Positions 41,025 through 55,231 of a DNA stretch of 64,000 nucleotides are shown here, piece after piece. The position numbers and the translations under genes were made by a program. The stretch spans positions 39,556,001 to 39,620,000 of the forward strand of contig OX597835.1 in the NCBI GenBank assembly GCA_951406725.2, written 5' to 3'. This stretch comes from Octopus vulgaris. Its lineage: Eukaryota. How positions within the stretch are numbered: position 1 is the stretch's first letter; the number at the start of each line of letters is the position of its first letter. The notes beneath the pieces are model-generated. The model ran no database searches. It saw only the letters and a list, made by a program, of their open reading frames with translations, and was not told the origin of the DNA.

Positions 41025-41270
41025 TTATCATCATCATTGTTCGACCGTGGTCGAGACAATGGAATTTATTATGTTACGCCAGACTTCACGGTCCATCGTA
41101 GCACTACGGAGGTGCTGTTGCTGGATGCCTGTATCCCTGGAGATTACATCAGGGTAGGAAAGTGTGCGCCCCTTGGTATCGTGAGTAAATGGCTTCCAGA
41201 GGAGAAGAGTAGAAATTACCTCGTTTTCAGCTCTACAACAATGTCCAGCAAACTGGACTCTTCTACCTCT
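41025..41270 (-). mobile_element. RTE-clade LINE 3' end, copy 2 (inverted relative to copy 1)
   Basis: ORF 41034..41273 reads RRVQFAGHCCRAENEV...MDREVWRNIINSIVSTTVEQ. Confidence 0.85.
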
Positions 41271-41347
41271 CATTCTCTATTAAATTGTAAAGGAAATTAG
41301 CTAAGTCTTTGTATAATGAAATTATATTATACCACTTGTATTTAGCT

Positions 41348-41735
41348 ACAGGCATGGTTCTGTGGTAAGAAACTTGCTTCCCAGTCACACGGTGCTGGGT
41401 TCAGTCCCACTGCGTGGCACCTTGGGCAGTATTTTCTACAATATCTTCAGGGGCAACCAAAGCCGTGTGAGTGGATATGGTAGCCGAAAACTTTGTGTGT
41501 GTGTATGTGTGTGTGTATGTGTGTATGTGTGTGTGTTGGGGGGCTCTTTATGTCTGTGTTTGTTCCCCACCACCGCTTGGCAACAGGTGTTGGTTTGTTT
41601 GTGTCCCTGTAACTTAAAGGCTCAGCAAAAGAAACCGATAGACTAGGCTTTCAAAAAACAATAGGTACCGGGTTCGACTCGTTCGAATAAAATTCTTCAA
41701 TGTGGTGCCCTAGCCTGGTCGCGGCCTAAAAAGAA
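41348..41735 (+). mobile_element. Diverged SINE family A
   Basis: GGGTTCAGTCCCACTGCGTGGCACCTTGGGCA plus a 3' half. Confidence 0.7.
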
Positions 41736-42286
41736 AACCACCACCACCACCATCACAGTGGTTAAGACACAAAGTCACCATCACCACTATCACACCAACC
41801 ACCACACTAACGTTTCTGCCAGCTCATTATCGTCATTTACACCATCAGGAGCAGTACAAAGGCTATCGCCAATATCACCCTTACCACCATAGTCACCACC
41901 ACCATCAATACCAAAGCAACACACAGGAGCACAACACTTCCCTACCACCGCCTCCATCACCACCACCACTACCACCACCACTACCACCACCACCACCACC
42001 ACCATCTCGACTGTTGTGGAGGAAGACAAACCTAGGTTTCAGCAAGACTAATAGCGTGCTAATGATGGCCTGTCACACTTGGCGTTGATTACGAGGATCG
42101 CTTTAAAGGGAGAGTATTGTGTGTGAGAAGGACACCTACATTTGCAGACATATACACAGAAAGACAGTGAGAAGGGGGGAGGGGGAGAGGGAGAGAAAGA
42201 GGAGATCACATCATGATTGGGTGCTATTTAAACACGACTCACAAACTATACCCTTACGAAAACCAGGGGAATACCAGAACAACGAT

Positions 42287-42335
<49 letters not shown>

Positions 42336-42458
42336 AACAGACTGACAGACGGACAGACAGGCAGACAGATAGACAGATGGATAGACAGACAGACAGACAG
42401 ACAGGCAGACAGGCAGACAGACAGACAGACAGTCAGACAGACAGATAGACAGACAGAC

Positions 42459-42521
<63 letters not shown>

Positions 42522-42560
42522 CTGACAAGCAAACGGACGGACAGACAGACAGACAGATAT

Positions 42561-42648
<88 letters not shown>

Positions 42649-42940
42649 CTGGAGATGGCTTACACAGTAACAGAATGTTAACATACAGAAATTTCACAGA
42701 AATCTGGCGTGGCTGCTCTACAGTAATGGAGCCATAATATAGACACGATAATGTATACACAATAACAATAATGTCACGACAAATGGAGACTTTTAATGCA
42801 GCAATATAACAGAGATATACATACAACAGCCATAAAACTGGAAGTAACTAATGTATTTATACGAATATAGAGAGAGGGTGGAGGAAGCGGAGAAGAAAAG
42901 TGATAAGCAAGCAGACAAATAGACAGGCATTCAGATAGAC

Positions 42941-43079
<139 letters not shown>

Positions 43080-43101
43080 TAGATATAGATATAGATATAT
43101 A

Positions 43102-43180
<79 letters not shown>

Positions 43181-43230
43181 CATAAATGCAAAACAATACC
43201 ACGAAGGAATCGACGCAAGCTTAAATAATA

Positions 43231-43314
43231 TACCGCGATAGATGAACCGCGATAGGTGATCCGCGATAGATGAACCGCGATAGGTGAACCGCGATATGGC
43301 GAGAGATTGCTGTA
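43231..43314 (+). mobile_element. Pogo/Tigger-like MITE right end with five 14-bp repeats
   Basis: CCGCGATA(G)RTGAW at 43233, 43247, 43261, 43275 and 43289, ending GCGAGAGATTGCTG-TA like a Tigger-type TIR. Confidence 0.6.
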
Positions 43315-43647
43315 CGCCATGTCAAATCCCATATTTAGTGTTTAAATCAACAGAATTAAAATTTTTATCGGTTGCCTATTATTATGAGTTTTGTAAGAAA
43401 CGCTGTGAACTGGCTCAGTGTATTTACGCCTATTTGTCTACAGCGGTAAATCTTCTTCAAATGACAAAATACAGTGAATGGATTTTTTTTTCACGGGTTC
43501 AAATGACTTTCTTGCGGATTCGTTTATATACATCACAGCTTAACGCTGTCAACTTGTATTTTTTGTTTACGGCCAGTCGCTAACATAACAGGTATATGAG
43601 AGGGACTTGTCACACGTGTCAGTTCGCCGCGTCTGCCTTTCTGGTCT

Positions 43648-43695
43648 CTGCTGCTGAAGAGGAGATAACCGCCCCGAAATGCATGCATCCAACAG
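43648..43695 (+). ncRNA. Type-I hammerhead ribozyme
   Basis: CTGCTG-CTGAAGA-GGAG-ataaccg-CCCC-GAAA-TGCATGCA-TC-CAACAG. Palindromic stem III, single mismatches in stems I and II. Confidence 0.75.
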
Positions 43696-43975
43696 TCTGG
43701 TTAGGCGAGGCTATGAACTGACACGGTATATCTACACCTGTTTGTCTATAGCAAGAAATTTTCTCTATGTCAATATACAGTGAACGGCTTCCTTATGAGT
43801 TCGAATATACCTCAAGTATATTTGAACTGGTAACAAATTTGTACAAATTTTATATGTGTACATTGACTAATTAGTAAAAACCGGACTTAGGTAAACTTGT
43901 CATTGTATTTGTAATTTATCCTTGCACTATATTGTCTCTTTGTATTTCCTATGTTAAGATGGTAAAGATGATCTA

Positions 43976-44470
43976 AAAAAAAATAAATGCGCTCTTTTAA
44001 AGCCTAGCCAGGCTCATGGGCCCGGTTTTCCGGTTTCTATGGCGTATGTGTTCCCTAGCTGGACGGGACGCCAGTCTATCACAGCGTTACTCATTTTTGC
44101 CGGCTGAGTGAACTGGAGCAACGTGAAATGAAGTGTTTTGCTCAAGAACACAACGCGTCACCGGTCCAGGAATCGAAACCACAATCTTACGATCATGGTG
44201 CTGACACCCTAACCACTAAGCCACGCGCCTCCACAAAATATATGCTCCCTTTTAAGGCCTAGCCAGGATCATGGGCCCGGTTTCCCGGTTTCCGTGGCGT
44301 ATGTGTTCCCCAGCTGGACGGGACGCCAATCTATCGCAGCGTTACTCATTTTTGCCAGCTAAGTGAACTGGAGCAACGTGAAATGAAGTATTTTGCTCAA
44401 GAACACAACGCGTTGCCCGGTCCAGGAATCGAAATCACAATCCACTAACCACTAAGCCCCGCGCCTCCAC
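43976..44470 (-). mobile_element. Tandem dimer of SINE family D with V-like tail
   Basis: Two head-to-tail copies (about 43985-44235 and 44243-44470) inside one TSD, AAAGATGATCTA (43964-43975 and 44471-44482). Confidence 0.88.
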
Positions 44471-44626
44471 AAAGATGATCTACCAACTTTGAATTCCAGA
44501 TTGAGATTGAAGACGGTTTTAACAGAACTTTTGAACACACCAAATTAAACACAGCTTGTCACAACTGGCAAGTTTGGTGAATGCAGCCGGGACATTTGAA
44601 AGTTCGCCCTGCATGAACATTTCATA

Positions 44627-44860
44627 TTAATCCTTTCGATACCAACCCGGCTGAAACCGCATCTGGGTCTATAGTACAAGTGTCTTGCTTTCATGGGTTC
44701 TGAATCAAAATCTTCCACCAAAGAAACCTTAGTCATAGTTTATGTTCCTAACACTAGCTTAATGATAACTAAGTTATTTTACTAAATACTTTGTTGTATT
44801 TAAAATTAATTGAAAGAAACACAGAACATCTCAAAGTAAATACGCTAACGAACAGATTAA
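44627..44860. mobile_element. TTAA-flanked piggyBac-like MITE
   Basis: TTAA-TCCTTTCGATA...CTAACGAACAGA-TTAA: degenerate TIRs with TTAA on both sides, interrupting the mariner 5' region. Confidence 0.5.
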
Positions 44861-45397
44861 ACTGGGAAAGAATGCTACAGAAACTTATGAAATGCTCCAG
44901 ATTGTATATAGATTAGCCGTTTCGCTGCCACAAGAGACTCAGGCCGGTAGGGATGAGACGAGAGACGATGAGAGATGTGGGAGCGAGAGGGACGTCAGAT
45001 CATCAAAACTGGTTGAGAAAATTCGTAATTCTAAGGATGAAGACCGCTCTTTGTCAATAAAAACAATAAGCATAGAGCTTGGAGCCGTACTCAGAATTAT
45101 TCATAAAGATCTGAACATGCGCAAAATTTGTACACAGTTCGTTCCTTGGGGGTTCAGCGACGAGCATTCTCGTACCCAATAATTGACAGAGATGAGCATC
45201 AAAACTATCCTCTATTCTTCCTAAAGTTCAGGCTTTGCATTCTTTGACTTTTGGTTGTTCCCGAAGCTGAGAACCTCTAGGACAGGCGTTTTAAAGATGA
45301 CGTCGACTGTGATAAGGGTCCTAGACATCTTCACTTTCGAAGACTTCCATAGGACATTCAAAATGTAGCTGGACTGATACAAAAATAGCATTGAAGT

Positions 45398-45751
45398 TTA
45401 TCTATCTATCTATCCGCTCAATCGGAGTCGACTCTCGGTTATTCGTTAGATCAGTGTCCTCCAGTCAGTTCTATCCTGGGCCGCTTCTTTCTGATTGGCT
45501 ATGTCTATTCCGGTATCCCTCTTGATGGTGTCAAGCCAGCGGGTTCTTGGTCGGCCTCTTCCTCTCTTGCCACTGACCATTCCGAGCATGATGTCCTTCT
45601 CCAGGGATTTTCTCCGCATAACATGACCGAAATATGCCAATCCATGCTTGGTGATCCTAGCTTCTAGCGACATTTTCGGCCTGATCTGCTTAAGAACTTC
45701 TCCATTGGGGAGCCTCGCTGTAAAAGTCCTCTCCAACACCAAAGCTCGAAT
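45398..45751 (-). mobile_element. RTE (BovB-like) LINE 3' end inserted in the mariner
   Basis: ORF LAYFGHVMRR..LEKDIMLGMVSGKRGRGRPRTRWLD with a (GATA)n tail. TSD GCATTGAAGT at 45388-45397 and 45752-45761. Confidence 0.88.
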
Positions 45752-46404
45752 GCATTGAAGTCAGAAGGTAGTATAATTACGAAAGGGATTAGAATTTTGT
45801 ACTTCTTTGAAATTAAGAAATGTTTCTCCTGCAAATGTCAGAAAAATTTTGGAATGTCCCTTGTATATATAATATGTGAGTATGTGTGTTATTTACGTAT
45901 GTATATGTATGTATGTATATACATACATATATATATATATTTCATTTTCGTTTGTGGCACTAAAAGAGAATGCCTCCCCACAGACATAATAATATATATG
46001 TATATTCTTTTATTCTTTTACTTGTTTCAGTCATTGACTGTGGCCTTGCTAGAGCACCGCCTTTAGTTGAATAAATCGACCCCGGGACTTATTCTTTGTA
46101 AGTCTAGTACATATTCAGTCTCTTTTGCTGAACCGCTAAGTTACGGGGATGTAAGCACAGAAGTGTCTTCTATAGTAGAAGACATTTCCCCAAGGTGCCA
46201 TGCAGTGGGAATGAATCCAGACCCATGTAGATCAACCCCAGTATGCAAAGGGTACTTAATTTATCGACTCCAAAAAGATGAAAGGCAAAGTCAACCTCGG
46301 CTGAATTTGAACTCCCGACGAACGGGAAAGTGAAACTCTGAGTAACAGTCTTTTTTGTGATATTCTTCTAATGTTTTTGCTCCTTTAATAGTATATATAT
46401 ATAT

Positions 46405-46909
46405 AAGTAAATAAATGGCACAACGAAGCACCGATATTTACTGGAAAATAGCGAACGTAATAAATACGAATTGCATTACTATTTTCATTGAAACTTCTTC
46501 ACTGTTCTCGTTCTGTTAACGTTTTGGCGTTCAGACGAGTGTACTGGCATAGATGTGGCAACATTTGAAATATTGTCGAGGTATATGCAGCTGATGAAGA
46601 TAAATCAAATATACGTTGGCAAACGTATTTTGAAAAATCCGAAACCGGTACTGCATTATCCTCATCTAGGTTTTTCATTTTTCAGATGTTCTTCCTAGAG
46701 GTAAGACAATTTTTCATGTTTGTTGCACACACGCATCTTTACTAGTGCATACGCAGTGAAGCTATACATTAGCGTCGTATTTATTACGTTCGCTATTTTC
46801 CATTAAATATCGGTGCTTCGTTGTGCCATTTATTTACTTTTATATGTATAATTTTACCCTCAAGGGCTATCCTTTACTGGAAAGCAATACTCTCGTATTG
46901 CATTACTAT

Positions 46910-46915
<6 letters not shown>
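46405..46915 (+). mobile_element. Non-coding HHR element with 5' inverted repeat and terminal redundancy
   Basis: 65-bp inverted repeat at 46405-46469 / 46775-46839. 19-bp direct repeat ATTGCATTACTATTTTCAT at 46470 and 46897. (TA)n on both sides. Confidence 0.8.
46585..46656 (+). ncRNA. Type-I hammerhead ribozyme with extended stem II
   Basis: ATGCAG-CTGATGA-[long stem II]-GAAA-CCGG-TA-CTGCAT: perfect 6-bp stem I, palindromic ACCGGT stem III, GUA cleavage triplet. Confidence 0.85.
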
Positions 46916-46990
<75 letters not shown>

Positions 46991-47281
46991 CATACATACA
47001 CATAAATATGTATACATTCATATATATATATTTGTATATACATACATATATATAAGAGAATAAAAATAACTTGTGGTCAATCATGTTATGTATGTATGTA
47101 TGTATGTCAGGTCACTTTCGAGTGCTACTGGTAACATGTAACCCAATACAACCTGTTGTATGGTCGGGCCGTCGGCAACTAAACCGGCAACCCCACCAAG
47201 CTTGCTTGGTGAGGAGGGTGGTTATTGGACACCCTGCGGGATGAAAAACAAAACCCGTCAAGGAGCGGAGCCTTAAGGCCT

Positions 47282-47920
47282 TTATGTCCAATTTTCGGCA
47301 TATTTGGCATTAGAAATTGTTTTCGTTTGCCCTTATTTATAAGTTGTTTATAATTTAACCTTTAAAGGTATTTTTAATATGCTGGCCATTGATAAAATTT
47401 TATTTTTTTCGAAAAAATTTTATCCTACATTAGATATAAATTTAGTGTTCACTTCCGGACTCTCCCACTCTGTGAGTGCCTCAGTTCAAATCGCACCTGT
47501 CTTGAATGGGCTGGAGTATTTCTATATTGGATTTATTTGGGGTACTGAGTTGTGCTCATGACTTAGTGTTTGCTTCCTCCATGGGTATGAGTAAGTATCT
47601 CATTTACTTCTTTGCCACATGTATCACTGACGAAGGGAGGGTTCTTTTTGAACTAACCCTTGAAATCGGTCCGATATGATAATAATGGAATTTTTTAGAG
47701 ATTTCTGTCGACCTTTTCGAGTAGCGTTCGTACTGGGAAAAAAATTATATGGTAAATGGACATTATGTCCAATTTTCGGCATATTTGGCATTAGAAATTT
47801 ATTTTCGTTTGCCCTTATTTATAAGTTGTTTATAATTTAACCTTTAAAGGTATTTTTTAATATTCTGGCCATTGATGATTTTTTTTTTTTTCGAAAAAAT
47901 TTTATCCTACATTAGATATA
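47282..47920 (+). mobile_element. Non-coding HHR element, 1.3-mer of a 481-bp unit
   Basis: About 157-bp near-identical direct repeats at 47282-47438 and 47763-47920, ending in (TA)n, with an HHR between them. Confidence 0.8.
47621..47677 (+). ncRNA. Type-I hammerhead ribozyme (slightly decayed)
   Basis: GTATCA-CTGACGA-AGGG..GTTC-ttttt-GAAC..CCCT-t-GAAA-TCGG-TC-CGATAT, with a GUC triplet. Confidence 0.7.
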
Positions 47921-48409
47921 TATATAACTATATATATATACATATATATATACGCACATTCATATATATATATTTGTGCGTATGAATGTAGGTATTTTTC
48001 TCTGTTATTATTTCTCCCTGTCCCCTCCTCTGTCTCTCCTCACATCCCTTGCCTTTACTCGGCTCTTCATCTCCACCCCCCGCTCACCATCGCTTTCTTT
48101 CTTTCCCTCCATCTCATAATTACCGCTGATTATTAAACACAGCTAAGTGTTCTCGCTTCACTCCATTTCATGCAGCGTTCATCGGTCATTGTCCGAAAAC
48201 TTCCACCACGCCCACCATCGGCTCTGTTTCTTGACACGCGCGCGCGCGCATACACGCACACTCAAATACACTTATACACTCACTTATACACAGAACCACG
48301 CAAGCACATACATACACACACATATACATATACACATTCCACAGAGCATGCAAAGTCAAATCATGTTATTAGAGTCTTTATATGGTTAAAATAGGCATCT
48401 TTCTGGAAA

Positions 48410-50070
<1,661 letters not shown>

Positions 50071-50253
50071 CGATAGATAAATAATAACAGATCACGATTT
50101 CCAACTATATTATATAGTTTATATATGTGTGTGTATGTGTGTGTATATATATATATGCGTGTGTGTTTGTATGTGTATATATATATATATATATATATAC
50201 ATACATACATATATATACATATATATACACATACACACACACACACACACACG

Positions 50254-50326
<73 letters not shown>

Positions 50327-50425
50327 TCGTTATTTATTTATTCAATGAATATTTAAGATCTGTTGTTGTTGTTGTTGTTTTTGTTGTTGTTGGACTGATG
50401 GTGGAGGTGATGGCAGTTTTTGGTT

Positions 50426-50456
<31 letters not shown>

Positions 50457-51231
50457 AATGGTGGTGGTGGTGGGTGGTGGTGGTGGTGATGATGATGACG
50501 ATGACGACTATGATGCTTTCGTTGTCTTGTTTGCCAGTGTTAATAACAGTTGCTGCTGTTGCTGCTGCTGCTGCTGCTGGGAATGTTTCTGTTTGTTGTT
50601 GTTGTTGTTATTATTGTTGTTGTTGTTGTTGTTAATTTAATGTCGATTCTGACATGATTAAATTTGCCTGTCTATTTGACGGAATTGCTTCCTAATACTT
50701 AAAGCAGAAGATGGTAATTTCTTGGGAGAAAACCATCCACACGGTTTCTTTTGATAACACAGGTGGTGGTGAGGGGGGGAAAGGAGGAAGAGGAGGAGAA
50801 AGACAAGAGGAAAAACGGAGGCGGAGAAGGAGGGAATTGAGGAGGGGGAGGCGAGGAAGGAAAGGAGCGGGTGGCCGGGAGTTGAGCTGCGATTCCTGAT
50901 AGACACAAGACATTTATCAAGAGCATTAAGAACACGCTAAACAGTAATTTATTCCTACGATCACACGCACACACACACATACACTCATACACACACACAC
51001 GTATCAAGGCACACATATCCACACACACACACACACATGCGTACACGTATACACGTACACATTCCTATTTATATTTTCTCTCTTTTTCTCTCACTCTCTT
51101 TTTCTCTTCTTCCTCTCTCTCTCTTTCTCTCTCTCTCCCTCTCTTTCTCTAATTCTCTTTCTTATACCGCCATCTTTATTCGCTATTTCTGTCCATTTCT
51201 TTCTTTTTTTCTCTCTTTATGAATCTTCTTC

Positions 51232-51264
<33 letters not shown>

Positions 51265-51604
51265 TCTCTTTATGAATCTTCTTCCTTTCTTTCTTTCTTT
51301 CTTTCTTTCTTCCTCTCTTTATGAATCTTCTTTCTTTCTTCATTGCTTTCGCTCCTTCTTCGTAACTTCATTCGCTCCGTATGTTTGTCTCCCTACTTCT
51401 GCTTTCTTCTTTTTTTCTTTCCTTTTTTCCTCCCCCTCTCCCTGTTTCTCAATTTCTCCCTCTCCCTTTCTCCCCACCCTTCTCTTCCTTCTTCTTCGCC
51501 ATCTTTTCATCTTACTCTCTTCGATTTATGTAGCTCACTCATTTACAATATATTTATAAATATATAATGTGTGTACGTATGCATATTTGCATATTTGCAT
51601 ATTT

Positions 51605-51915
51605 GTATGTATGTATGTATGTATGTATGTATGTATGTATGTATGTATGTATGTATGTATGTATGTATGTATGTATGTATGTATGTGTGTATGTGTGTAT
51701 GTATGTATGTATGTATGTATGTATTTATGTATGTATGTATGTATGTATGTATGTATGTATGTATGTATGTATGTGTGTATGTATGTATGTATGTATGTAT
51801 GTATGTATGTATGTATGTATGTATTTATGTATGTATGTATGTATTTATGTATGTATGTATGTATGTATGTATGTATGTATGTATGTATGTATGTGTGTAT
51901 GTATGTATGTATGTA
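51605..51915 (+). repeat. (TATG)n microsatellite
   Basis: Read directly. Confidence 0.97.
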
Positions 51916-52088
51916 TAGGACATGTCGGTTTTTCTCCTATTTTTTCGCCATCTACTACAACTACTACCACTACTATTGTTGTTACTACCACCACCACTAC
52001 CACAACCCTATCAATATATATTTTCACAAACACCTCTGTCTATGTACAGTTTGTATATATAATCTAAATAACACTAAACACTATTAGC

Positions 52089-52234
<146 letters not shown>

Positions 52235-52573
52235 TGTATGTATGTATGTACATGTATGGGTATTGAATCTACGCATACACGCACACACACACACCTCACC
52301 GCCTCTCTGTCCTCCTATCCCGCTTATCATTGTCTCACTTCAGTATTTACATATTTCATATTGATTGTATGTTTTCAGATATTTCTTCCCTCTTAAGATA
52401 TTTAAGTATGCATTGCATGTTATCTCCTCTTGGATTTTTTTGTTTTTGTTTTTGTTGTTGTTGTTGCTGCTGCTGCTACTGCTGCTACTGCTGCTGCTGC
52501 TTCTGTTCATGTTGTTCTTGTTGTTGTTGAAGTAAATTAGTGATATTATTATCATTTATAAAGAATTTTTTTA

Positions 52574-53173
52574 AGGCGGTGAGCACCCAAAATAGTTAAC
52601 ACATCTGATAAAAGACTTTGCAGTGTTTCTACCGGTTTTTATATTTTGGGTTCAAATTCCATCGATGTCGACTTTCTTTTACAAGTATCCGTTTCTTTAC
52701 TACCCACAAGGGGCTAAACACAGAGGGGACAAACAAGGATAGACAAACGGATTAAGTCGATTACATCGACCCCAGTGCGTAAGAGCTGGCAGAAACGTTA
52801 GCACGCCGGGCGAAATGCTAAGCAGTATTTTGTCTGCCGTTACGTTGTGAGTTCAAATTCCGCCGAGGTCGACTTTGCCTTTCCTCCTTTCGAGGTCGAT
52901 GAATTAGGTACTAGTTACGCACTGAGGTCGATATAATCGATTTAATACCTACGTCTGTCTTCGTTTACCCCCTCTATGTTTAACCCCTTGTGGATAATAA
53001 AGAAATAGATATGTCTTCCGGCTTAACGTTCTGAGTTCAAATCCCTGCTGGGGTTAGCTTTGCTTTTCATCCAGTCAGGGTCGATGAAACAAGCAGCAGC
53101 TGAGCACTGAGATCGATGTAATCGATTACACAACCCCTTTCAGATTTCAGGCCTTGCGGCGATAGTAAAGGGG

Positions 53174-53223
<50 letters not shown>

Positions 53224-53227
53224 CATT

Positions 53228-53268
<41 letters not shown>

Positions 53269-53678
53269 TCATCATCATATAAGGCAGTGATCTAGCAGAA
53301 TCGTTAGCACGGCGGGCGAAATGCTTAGCGGTATTTCGTCTGCTGCTACGTTCTAAGTTCAAATTCCGCCAAGGTCGACTTTGCCTTTCATCCTTTCGGG
53401 GTCGATTAAATAAGTACCAGTTACGCACTGGGGTCTATGTAATCGACTTAATCCGTCTGTCTGTACTTGCTTGTCCCTTCTGTGTTTAGCCCCTTGTGGG
53501 TAGTAAAGAAATAGGTATTTCGTCTACCGCTACATTCTGAATTCAAATTTCGCCGAGGTTGACTTTGCCTTTCATCCTTTCGGGATCGATAAATTAAGTA
53601 CCAGTTGCATACATGGTTCAATGTAACCGACTTACCCTTCTCCCAAGTTTGAGGCCTTGTGCTTCCAGTAGAAAAGGC
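52574..53678. mobile_element. Cluster of SINE family B copies (mostly +, one - fragment at 52690-52780)
   Basis: At least five core repeats of GTCGACTTTGCCTTTCATCCTTTCG. Confidence 0.82.
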
Positions 53679-53844
53679 TATTATTATTATCATTGCCTTT
53701 GCACAGTTTTGTCAGCTGTTCATTACCAGTGAATTAAGGTAAAACCTTTTATTTTTTGAATACCTTCCGGAGTATTCGAGCGGTTCCAAGCAGTGTGTTT
53801 TCTTCAAGTGCACCACCCTTATTGCAGCCCCTATTTGTTCCACG
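53679..53844 (-). pseudogene. R4/Dong-like retrotransposon 3' end
   Basis: VEQIGAAIRVVHLKKT/LLGTARILRKVFKK* (like QKTALLGTARILRKVL), a short UTR and a (TAA)n tail. Confidence 0.75.
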
Positions 53845-53894
53845 TTGTAGCCCCTAATTATCATTAATATTATCATCATCATCATCATTATATA

Positions 53895-54480
53895 AGGCGG
53901 CGAGCGGGCAGAATCGTTAGCACGACGAGTTAAACGCTAAGCAGCATTTCGTCCGCCTTGACGTTCTGAGTTCAAATTCCACCAAGGTCGACTTTGCTTT
54001 TGATCCTTTCGGGGTCGATGTGATATGAAACCATGTCTGCGGAGTACTCAATCACTTGAACATTAAATTCCTCGAGCACGCTGTCCGTTGACCTGATCAA
54101 CTGGGACACTTCTGGCTTTACGTTCTAGGTTCAAATTCCGCTGAAGTAGACTTTACGTTTCAGCTTTCACGGGGTTGAAGCACTGGGGCCGATCTAAGCT
54201 ACTTCCGCAACCTTTGAAAATTGCTGGCCTTGTGCCAAAAATTAGAAAGAATTATGTATATGTATTTGTGTGTGCATGTGTATACCTATTTCTTTATTAC
54301 CCACAAGGGGCTAAACATAGAGGGGACAAACAAGGACAAACATAGGTATTAAGTCGATTACATCGACCCCAGTGCGTAACTGGTACTTAATTTATCGACC
54401 CCGAAAGGATGAAAGGCAAAGTCGAACTCGGCGGAATTTGAACTCACAACTTAACGGCAGACGAAATACTGCAGTTCGCC
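53895..54480. mobile_element. SINE B copies (+ at 53895-54250, - at 54287-54480) with a tail-Y fragment at 54030-54110
   Basis: Matches family B and the 34330-34410 segment. Confidence 0.72.
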
Positions 54481-55231
54481 GCCTTGTGTATGTATGTGTA
54501 TACCGGTGTGCGTGTGTGTGTGTGTGTGTGTGTGTTTGTCCCCCACCATCATTCCGCAACCCGTGTTGGCTTGCTTGTGTTCCGGTAACTTAGCAGTTTC
54601 GCAAAGAGCCTGATAAAATAAGTATCAGACATTTTTTAAAATATTAATAATTACTAGAGTCAGCTCGTTCGATAAAATCCTGCATTGCGGCAGTGCACTG
54701 ACTGAAACAAGTAGTATATTTAAAGACGGTAATAAAACAAGATAGAACGTCACGCTTAAAACAACCTTTACTATGGAACAAAATGGAGGGCATAATCAAA
54801 GTCTTCGATTTGATATCAGTTTATGATTTACGGACACCACAACAAAAATAAGGACATTTTTAAACTGTCGAGTACGTATTTTTCTTTTATCTTTATATTT
54901 TTTTTATCATTCATCTGCTTCAGTCATTCGACTGCGGCCATGCTGTGGCAGCGCTTCGAAGGGTTTTATTCGAGCAAATCGACTCCAATATATAGGTTTC
55001 TTTTTCCTTTTAAGATTGGTACTCACCCACCCAATTGGTCTCTATTCACAAACCGCTAGATTGCAACACATTAGCACTGGTTGTCAAGAAGCGGGCGAGG
55101 GTGGGAAAAACGGACACACATGCTGCATCACACGCATACACACGCATGCGCACAAACACGCGCACAAACACGCGCGCTCACACACACAAAGATAAATAGA
55201 TAGATAGATAGATAGAAAGATCTAAGAAGGA

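Larger units (their letters stand above)
44545..45865 (+). mobile_element. Decayed mariner transposon with nested insertions
   Basis: LGKNATETYEML, GRDETRDDERCG, IIHKDLNMRKICTQFVP and FDFWLFPKL, with right end TTTGGAATGTCCCTTG-TA. The 5' limit is approximate. Confidence 0.75.

Noticed and set aside
43233-43300. CRISPR-like array
   Set aside because: The 14-bp repeats are contiguous with no spacers, lie next to a Tigger-like TIR, and the context is eukaryotic.
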